The notes under the pieces are model-generated. The model saw nothing but the letters and a program-made list of their open reading frames with translations, was not told where the DNA came from and did no database searches. The position numbers and the translations under genes are program-made. From IMG/VR virus record IMGVR_UViG_3300029880_000015: a stretch of 46,255 bases of DNA; one strand, given 5' to 3'. Numbering within the stretch: position 1 is the stretch's first letter; each line of letters begins with the position of its first letter. The stretch is from a virus. Positions 1 to 5,520 of this stretch are shown in pieces.

Positions 1-99
1 GGTCAACATAGTAAAGTACGATGTTCTCAACGGGTGTCGCAATAATCTGTCCTCTTGGAATCTCACTGTCAGATAACAGGAAGATGGTATTGAAGCCCA
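1..99. repeat. Terminal direct repeat, copy 1 (identical to 46157-46255)
   Basis: ggtcaacatagtaaagtacg...gtattgaagccca occurs at both ends. This looks like an assembly overlap of a circular or permuted molecule. Confidence 0.9.
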
Positions 100-703
100 T
101 GAAATCTTTCATGTACTGGAATCCGAACTGATTCTGAATAGAAATCTCAGCTGCTCCAATATACTCATACACATCAAGAATATTCACAAATCCAACAACG
201 CCAGTCACATTTCTGTGCATCTGTTTGAATTTGTTTTCTACACGGCCTTTAGCCATTGCCAGAGCCATCTGGAAAGTAGTTTCTGTGAATGTGAGGGTAC
301 CTGTTTTCAGATAATCGTAAAATCTTTCAGTAACATTGGTCTGAAGCTGGAAAAGGAATTCATCATCGGTCATCTGAACAGCGTTCTCATAACCGTGATC
401 CTTGATTGCTTCGATAGATACAGCCTTTGCGTACTTCTCAATATTCATTTCTGCATAAGGCTTTTCTTTTACAGTGAATTTGCTGTAAGGGATTTCCTCA
501 CCCTCTTTAACATTTCCGTCCTGTAATGTGCCTTCTGCGTATTTCGATTTAAGAACCGCTCCGGGTGTCTTTTTGATTGGACGCATGATACCAAGAATCT
601 CGCGCAAGTGTTCCCAGTTTCTTTCAAATCTGGTTACAAAGTCAATCTCACGTGCTGTGACTTGGATATCATTTGTCATAATAAGATTAGCTTTTGCTGC
701 CAT
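1..703 (-). CDS. Major capsid protein, 5' part (continues at 46156->45693 through the circular junction)
   Basis: ATG at 703 follows an AGAAAGGA SD. The frame stays open to base 1 and rejoins the 45693..46156 ORF in frame (703+464=1167 nt, 388 aa). The gene lies directly after the scaffold gene. N-terminus is MAAKANLIMTNDIQVTAREIDF... Confidence 0.85.
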   Translation of the reverse strand, partial: MAAKANLIMTNDIQVTAREIDFVTRFERNWEHLREILGIMRPIKKTPGAVLKSKYAEGTLQDGNVKEGEEIPYSKFTVKEKPYAEMNIEKYAKAVSIEAIKDHGYENAVQMTDDEFLFQLQTNVTERFYDYLKTGTLTFTETTFQMALAMAKGRVENKFKQMHRNVTGVVGFVNILDVYEYIGAAEISIQNQFGFQYMKDFMGFNTIFLLSDSEIPRGQIIATPVENIVLYYVD

Positions 704-775
704 ATAAAAATCCTTTCTACCCATAATTGTTAAGGCATTGGGTTAGCGGCTATACTCTGTCGTATAGTCGGTGTA
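704..775 (-). promoter_or_regulatory. Conserved structured leader upstream of the capsid gene (copy A)
   Basis: On the minus strand: ACCGACTATAC-GACAGA-GTATAGCCGCTAACC...GCCTTAACAATTATGGGTAGAAAGGA-ATG. A second copy with a covarying stem lies at 42433-42510. Confidence 0.5.
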
Positions 776-779
776 AAAA

Positions 780-1412
780 TCACTGGAATAACTGGATATT
801 CTGAGCGATTGCAGCCTGTCTCTCGGACGGGTCTTTGATTGCTTCGATATCTTTCTTTGTCATGCTTCCCGGTGTCTGCTGCTGTCCAACGTGAGTGGTA
901 AATCTTGCCTGGTTCTGCTGAGCCTGTTGCTGAGATTCGTCTACAAAAGCGGATGCGTCAGTCTGTTTCATTTGCTCGATCAAGTCATTCAGCCCAAGGA
1001 TTTTATCGTCTTTCAGCTTCAATCCGGCTTCTTTAATGTCTGCCATAACAGACTTCTTTGCAGCCTCACTGGAAAATTTAACATCATCAAGTGCTGTTTT
1101 AAGTGCGTCTGAAAAATCGCGGTCATAGATCTTCGCATTGAATTCCTTTTCTGCATCCTCGGCTTTCTTCTTCCATTCAGCAAGCTCTGTCTGAATGTTC
1201 GCCGGGTCGATACCGTCAAAACCTTTCAGAGTTTCTTCTACTGTCTCAGCACGTTCTTTCCAGTCATCACGTTCTCCCTCGACTTTTGACAGAGTTTTCG
1301 CTACTTCTTTCGCATTTTTGTAATGCTCAGAGAGTGCTTTCTTAACATCTGCCTGCTTGTCCTCCGGGATCTCAATTCCAAATGATTTTAATGTGTCAAT
1401 AAGTTTCTGCAT
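780..1412 (-). CDS. Scaffolding protein (GP20-like, coiled-coil)
   Basis: Start is the internal ATG at 1412 (MQKLIDTLKSFG...), preceded by GGAGGATATATAT. The upstream part of the 780..1520 ORF overlaps a tRNA. The protein is charged and helical and sits immediately before the capsid gene. Confidence 0.8.
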   Translation of the reverse strand: MQKLIDTLKSFGIEIPEDKQADVKKALSEHYKNAKEVAKTLSKVEGERDDWKERAETVEETLKGFDGIDPANIQTELAEWKKKAEDAEKEFNAKIYDRDFSDALKTALDDVKFSSEAAKKSVMADIKEAGLKLKDDKILGLNDLIEQMKQTDASAFVDESQQQAQQNQARFTTHVGQQQTPGSMTKKDIEAIKDPSERQAAIAQNIQLFQ

Positions 1413-1488
1413 ATATATCCTCCTGGCCGTTTTTATTGACCTGCCGCCGCAGGTATGGATTAAGCCAGTTAGACCACTGGCAAGGTAA

Positions 1489-1560
1489 TCGGAAGGGCAG
1501 GAATCGAACCTGCGGCACATAGCTTATAAGGCTACTGCTCTACCACTGAGCTACATTCCA
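1489..1560 (-). tRNA. tRNA, anticodon UAU (Ile, AUA) by manual fold
   Basis: Cloverleaf read by eye. Acceptor TGGAATG/CCTTCCG has a U1-G72 wobble and one U-C mismatch. U8 A9; D arm GCTC-AGTGGTA-GAGC; anticodon arm GTAGC-CTTATAA-GCTAT; variable loop GTGCC; T arm GCAGG-TTCGATT-CCTGC; discriminator A; no encoded CCA. Confidence 0.7.
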
Positions 1561-1836
1561 TTAACCCGGATTCCCGGGTTAGCAAGGTATTTATCGTGTT
1601 ATGCCTGCCACTATCCGACTTTCACGGAGATGTTGTTTCATTTACAAAGAGGTGTTACCAGTCAGTCAAACCGGCTAATGAATATGCCGGAAATTGCATC
1701 CGCTTTTCAACCTCCAGATTCCGCTCGAATCTGTTTCTCTTAAGGACATATTCACAAAGAAAGGAGGACATGAAACGAAAAAGAAAGCAAAAACTTCTAA
1801 TCAGCAAGCCCTACAAGGTTCACCATGCCTTGCAAG

Positions 1837-1878
1837 ATTATAGTATCACATTTTTTTTAAAAAGTTGTCCCCACATTT
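1837..1878 (-). promoter_or_regulatory. Putative late promoter with shared upstream motif (copy 1)
   Basis: The minus strand reads AAATGTGGGGACAACTTTTT, then 22 nt from the end of the 14-nt core, then TATAAT (preceded by TGTGATAC). The same motif and spacing occur at 10766-10807. Confidence 0.5.
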
Positions 1879-1885
1879 GCAAGAG

Positions 1886-2449
1886 TCAAAGCATACTTCT
1901 CAGTTTTTCAACGTATCTTTTAACAAGATCACGCTCTTCCCGGCACTCTGCATCCTTGGACATATCGCTCATTTCTGTAGTAAGTTCGTCAAGATGTTCT
2001 TCCAGAGCGGCAAGCATCTTCCTCTTGCAGTCCTCAGACTTTCCAGAACGATAATTCTGTTTCTGTGTCATATAGTCACTGTAAGTGTCTCGTCCATCAG
2101 ATCGGCTATAATTTCCTCTTCCGGTTCCGTAGTCGCGACTTTCATCACCGTAAGAGGTGCCACGATCATAATCTGGGTACATCATTCTTCCATCACTGCG
2201 GCTGTATCTCCCCATGCCGCCACGTTTTCTTCCGCGCTCGCTGTAATCGTCATTGTATCCGCTACGCATTTCATCAAGGACGGCGTTGTAATACTCCACC
2301 TTTTTGTCCCAGTACTGCGTATTTTTTATATCTTTGTACATATCAATCAACTTATATGTCATTTCCAAGTTTCCAGTGGTCAGCCCACTATCTGCGATTT
2401 TTGCAAGCTCGTCTTCTATCCTTGCGCATAAATCCTTGATATCTCTCAT
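1886..2449 (-). CDS. Hypothetical protein with helical ends and an R/D/Y/G/S-rich low-complexity core
   Basis: 187-aa ORF with GGAGGTG SD 5 nt before the ATG. The core contains repeated RSDGR / DY / GRG motifs. No family recognised. Confidence 0.7.
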   Translation of the reverse strand: MRDIKDLCARIEDELAKIADSGLTTGNLEMTYKLIDMYKDIKNTQYWDKKVEYYNAVLDEMRSGYNDDYSERGRKRGGMGRYSRSDGRMMYPDYDRGTSYGDESRDYGTGRGNYSRSDGRDTYSDYMTQKQNYRSGKSEDCKRKMLAALEEHLDELTTEMSDMSKDAECREERDLVKRYVEKLRSML

Positions 2450-2460
2450 AACTGCACCTC

Positions 2461-2883
2461 CTACGCTTCTCTAGTCACGACAATATTTGCGTTCGCAACA
2501 GAAATAGCCTGATCGCTTGTGTTCTCTACTGCAATATTAACGCAACATCCGCGTGGTACATCCACGTAAATTCCGGAAGACACATTATTATACTGATCTA
2601 CTGCTGCCGGTGTGGAAATCATCTGAGAAGAAAGAACCGGCTCACCAGAGATTGCAATAGCCAGAGAAATAGCTCCGACAGTACCGCCTGTTGGAATCGC
2701 GATATTACCGGAAAAATCCACGAAAAATCTCGCTTTACACTGGTTAGTAAGTCCTCTTAGCGTAATAATTCCGCTTCCCTCTCTGTGCTGAATGCAGTTA
2801 GAGCCTTTAACTGCTGTGTTTGAAAATACTACGTTTCCATTTGCTGCTACGGTCTGAGCAGCTATATTTGTAAATTCTGCCAT
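2461..2883 (-). CDS. C1q/TNF-like (BclA C-terminal-domain-like) beta-sandwich protein
   Basis: Start at the second Met (MAEFTNI...) after GAAAGGGG. The pattern ANGNVVF...GIITL...FFVDFSGNIAI...ISLAIAISG...NIAVEN...ANANIVVTR resembles BclA_C/C1q-type domains. There is no collagen repeat. Confidence 0.5.
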   Translation of the reverse strand: MAEFTNIAAQTVAANGNVVFSNTAVKGSNCIQHREGSGIITLRGLTNQCKARFFVDFSGNIAIPTGGTVGAISLAIAISGEPVLSSQMISTPAAVDQYNNVSSGIYVDVPRGCCVNIAVENTSDQAISVANANIVVTREA

Positions 2884-2903
2884 AATTTTTACCCCTTTCA
2901 TAT

Positions 2904-2930
2904 CACAAAAGGACAGGTCTCAGCCTGCCC
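2904..2930 (-). terminator. Hairpin plus U-tract (attenuator/terminator) between 2995..3774 and 2461..2883
   Basis: Minus strand: GGGCAGG-CTGAGA-CCTGTCC followed by TTTTGTG. Confidence 0.45.
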
Positions 2931-2994
2931 CTCTGTGTAATACGGCAAAAGCCGACATTCGAATCAATCGAAAGATACTCTCGATATGAAGTTA

Positions 2995-3774
2995 TTAGCA
3001 ATTACATCCAGTATTGCATCCGCATCCGTAGAATGTATTCGGGTTAGGAACCTGATATGCCGGAATTGGTGCTGGATTAATCGCATTAATAAGCTGCTGT
3101 GTCTGTGAAGCCATTGCAGTTGTGAGAAGTGCACTCTGGCGATCCTGAGAAGCAGCGCGTCTGAGATCATTGTTTTCAGCCTGCAGGTTAGAAATCTTTT
3201 CATTGCAAAGATAGTCAAGAATGGCTCTTGTCCCTGCGTTCTGGCTGTCGATAATGTCTCTTGTGTTGCTGTTCATGGTGTTCTGCAATGCACAGGTGTT
3301 CTGTGCCATATTGTAGTTTACGCCCTGGATAGCTTCCCTGGTTTCACAACAGCAGTTCGCAAGCTGTGCCTGCAAAGCATTTGTATTCTGCATATTCGCT
3401 ACAGTATCAGCATTGATTGCCTGCTGGATTCCGAAGCCAGTCTGCATGATGTTGGTGTTAATTCCGTTAAAGCCGGTAAGCATACCGTTATTCACTGCAT
3501 AGAATCCATCACAGAGTCCATTGTTGATCCCGTCAAGTTTGCTGATTACTGCGGAATTGTCAAATCCTCTCTGAATATCTGCCTGAGTAGCTGCTGTGGC
3601 TGCATATCCGCCACCATTGCCATTATTGCCCCAGCCGTTGTTTCCCCATCCAAAGAAAGCAAAAATGAATAAAACAATAATCCACCAGCTACCATCTCCA
3701 CCAAACATGCCGTCATTATTTCTACCGTTTCCAGTAGCAGCGGCAATATCTGCTAAGCTATAATTTCCATCCAT
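2995..3774 (-). CDS. Membrane-anchored N/Q/G-rich protein with cysteine motifs
   Basis: 259 aa with AAGGAG SD. One TM segment (WWIIVLFIFAFFGW), then GWGNNGWGNNGNGGG, a long N/Q/A-rich region with a CCC triplet, and the C-terminus YGCGCNTGCNC. No family recognised. Confidence 0.7.
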   Translation of the reverse strand: MDGNYSLADIAAATGNGRNNDGMFGGDGSWWIIVLFIFAFFGWGNNGWGNNGNGGGYAATAATQADIQRGFDNSAVISKLDGINNGLCDGFYAVNNGMLTGFNGINTNIMQTGFGIQQAINADTVANMQNTNALQAQLANCCCETREAIQGVNYNMAQNTCALQNTMNSNTRDIIDSQNAGTRAILDYLCNEKISNLQAENNDLRRAASQDRQSALLTTAMASQTQQLINAINPAPIPAYQVPNPNTFYGCGCNTGCNC

Positions 3775-3827
3775 AGTTATAATCTCCTTTTTGTGTATTT
3801 ACATCAATCTGGCCAGATTGTAATGTA

Positions 3828-4049
3828 CTATTTCATATTCTTCAGCAGATTTTGAAACTGCCCTGCCATCTGTTGAACTTGATTGAGTTGCTGTTGGGAA
3901 ATCTTCCCAGACTGTAACATCTTCTGAACTTCTTCCTTCGGGTCTCCCTTAAAATTCTGTTTGAACTGCATAAACTGCTGTATCATCTGCATTAGCCCAT
4001 TTCCCTGCGGCATCCCGCCACCAAGCGCGTTAAACAATGGATTACTCAT
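3828..4049 (-). CDS. Small Q/M-rich hypothetical protein
   Basis: The second ATG (4049) lies 8 nt after GGGAGG and overlaps the upstream stop (ATGAGTAA coupling). Sequence MSNPLFNALGGGMPQGNG...QQLNQVQQMAGQFQNLL. Confidence 0.6.
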   Translation of the reverse strand: MSNPLFNALGGGMPQGNGLMQMIQQFMQFKQNFKGDPKEEVQKMLQSGKISQQQLNQVQQMAGQFQNLLKNMK

Positions 4050-4512
4050 CTGCATTTCCTCCCTTGACCGCTGATTCCTGTGCGGTATTAGCTCTAACAG
4101 GTTCAGAAAAAGAATTTAATCGGTTTATGATAGCTTCGTATTTACCCTTTAAATCGTCATATTCCTGTCTGGTGACGTATTTACTGTCCATGTTCTGAAC
4201 AGGCTGTTTAGGCGGCATCTGAGTGCCTATTTCATGATACTCAAACGTCCGTAATGGTTGTGGCATACCAGAAACGTCTGTGGATTTTATGTAGAACTTT
4301 TCACTTTCACTGTCCATCAGCAAAACACTTGTCCCGGGTGCTACCAGATAGGATTTTGCGCCGACTTCGCCGGATACCCACAGGATACCGCTATTATTCT
4401 GCTGTGGTTGCTGTACTGGTTGAGCTGGAATCTGGACAGGCTGTTGCTGGAACTGGTTCATCTGCCCAGGAACGCCAAAACTATATTGATAAGGATTGTT
4501 ATATAATGCCAT
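4042..4512 (-). CDS. Hypothetical protein with a Q/P-rich N-terminus and a globular core
   Basis: ATG at 4512 (MALYNNPYQYSF...). A minus-strand TATAAT lies about 20 nt upstream. Core sequence is ILWVSGEVGAKSYLVAPGTSVLLMDSESEKFYIKSTD. Confidence 0.65.
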   Translation of the reverse strand: MALYNNPYQYSFGVPGQMNQFQQQPVQIPAQPVQQPQQNNSGILWVSGEVGAKSYLVAPGTSVLLMDSESEKFYIKSTDVSGMPQPLRTFEYHEIGTQMPPKQPVQNMDSKYVTRQEYDDLKGKYEAIINRLNSFSEPVRANTAQESAVKGGNADE

Positions 4513-4546
4513 CTTATACACCGCCTTTCTGATTATATTTTTACAT

Positions 4547-4580
4547 AAAAAAAGAACCGGAAACAGGTCGTTTCTGGCTC
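4547..4580 (-). terminator. Rho-independent terminator after the sigma-r4-like gene
   Basis: Minus strand: GAGCCAGAAAC-GACCT-GTTTCCGGTTC followed by TTTTTTT. Confidence 0.6.
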
Positions 4581-4600
4581 TAATTAGTATCCAAAAAGTA

Positions 4601-4801
4601 TCAGCACACTTTGATTATTTTATTGTTTACTCGGCGGCTTAATCGTTTCGCCGTAGATATGCTCACGTTCATCTGTTCAGCGCAGTATTCAAGCGTGTAT
4701 TCTTTACATCTCAACCGAAACAATCTTTCTTCGTCCGGTGTAAAATTACACTCTATCAAGAATCTGTCTATATCTTTCTTTGTGAACACATATAACTTCA
4801 T
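4601..4801 (-). CDS. Small HTH protein resembling sigma-70 region 4 only (putative transcription regulator)
   Basis: 66 aa from the second ATG, 7 nt after AAGGGG. FTPDEERLFRLRCKEYTLEYCAEQMNVSISTAKRLSRRVNNKI matches the region-4/LuxR-type HTH pattern. No region 2 is present. Confidence 0.55.
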   Translation of the reverse strand: MKLYVFTKKDIDRFLIECNFTPDEERLFRLRCKEYTLEYCAEQMNVSISTAKRLSRRVNNKIIKVC

Positions 4802-4824
4802 GAGCATACCCCTTATTAATGCAA

Positions 4825-5130
4825 TTAACGTTGATTCTGTGCAAGATAATTTGTAAGCTTCTGTTTTGTTTTTTTTAATTCCTCCACATTATTCCCACTG
4901 ATCTGACTGTCCAACATGGTTGATAACACTTCCAGAATCAACGAATCACGTTCTGCAATCCTCTGAAGACTCTCGTAATCTCGTTTATCATGTTCTTCCA
5001 GTGTTTCTACTCGCTTATTGAGCCGGAATGCCGGAGTAATCCACTTAAAGATCACAGCTGCTGCCCCTCCGACAATGGACACCCCTCCGCAGATAGAGAG
5101 GAAAATCTGTACAAATTCTGATATGCTCAT
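4825..5130 (-). CDS. N-terminal TM plus coiled-coil protein
   Basis: 101 aa with AAAAGGAG SD. TM segment FLSICGGVSIVGGAAAVIF is followed by a charged helical region. Its start overlaps the upstream stop. Confidence 0.65.
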   Translation of the reverse strand: MSISEFVQIFLSICGGVSIVGGAAAVIFKWITPAFRLNKRVETLEEHDKRDYESLQRIAERDSLILEVLSTMLDSQISGNNVEELKKTKQKLTNYLAQNQR

Positions 5131-5513
5131 TTATTCTCCTTTTCCCAGTAATATACCGGGATCTCATTTCCGGAATCCCATGTATCGAAATATTTGCCAT
5201 CCTGCACTGTCACCACATGACCATCTATACAGAGAATGTATGTGCCTGTTGGATGATCTGCGCAAAAGTCATTGACTGTATAAATATATCGCTCCGACTG
5301 CTCAATCAGTTTGCGTCTGTACCCATGCTTATACAGATACGCTCCCCAGACATAATTTGCACTCGGCATATCTGATAGCGAGCAAGCATATACCATTAAT
5401 CCTGTAAATACCGTCTCCCAGTCAAGCTCTAACGCCTTGCATATCGCCCGGACAGCACAGTCACCTACACGATTCCCGGCTGGATTCGGATTAAAATATA
5501 CCCATCTTTCCAT
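5127..5513 (-). CDS. Hypothetical protein, possible papain-like Cys-His-Asp fold
   Basis: 128 aa. Contains NPNPAGNRVGDCAVRAI (Cys), IDGHVVTV (His) and FDTWD (Asp), in the order seen in C39/NlpC-like peptidases. The assignment is an inference only. Confidence 0.4.
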   Translation of the reverse strand: MERWVYFNPNPAGNRVGDCAVRAICKALELDWETVFTGLMVYACSLSDMPSANYVWGAYLYKHGYRRKLIEQSERYIYTVNDFCADHPTGTYILCIDGHVVTVQDGKYFDTWDSGNEIPVYYWEKENK

Positions 5514-5520
5514 ATCTACC

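Noticed and set aside
780-1520. The 246-aa version of the scaffold ORF starting at 1520.
   Set aside because: The first 36 codons run through the tRNA (1489-1560) and its flank. A GGAGG SD precedes the internal ATG at 1412.
1489-1560. The idea that the tRNA is an ochre suppressor (anticodon UUA) explaining the in-frame TAA at 27837.
   Set aside because: With the only good anticodon stem (GTAGC/GCTAT) the 7-nt loop is CTTATAA, so positions 34-36 are UAU, not UUA. No other gene needs TAA readthrough.
1563-1580. Hairpin AACCCGG-ATTC-CCGGGTT as a terminator upstream of the tRNA.
   Set aside because: It has no U-tract in either orientation. It is more likely part of the tRNA precursor or leader structure.
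1596-2431. Plus-strand ORFs 1596..2054 and 1865..2431, including an internal ATG right after AAAGGAGG at about 1771.
   Set aside because: They are antisense to a well-supported minus-strand gene and to the promoter/leader region. The SD-to-ATG spacing is only 2 nt, and the products are low-complexity.
4825-5130. Calling the TM plus coiled-coil protein a BhlA/UviB-type holin paired with a UviA-like sigma factor.
   Set aside because: Only the topology is similar. I see no sequence motif match, and the adjacent HTH protein is far too short to be a group-5 sigma factor. The proposal is mentioned only as an idea inside the island finding.
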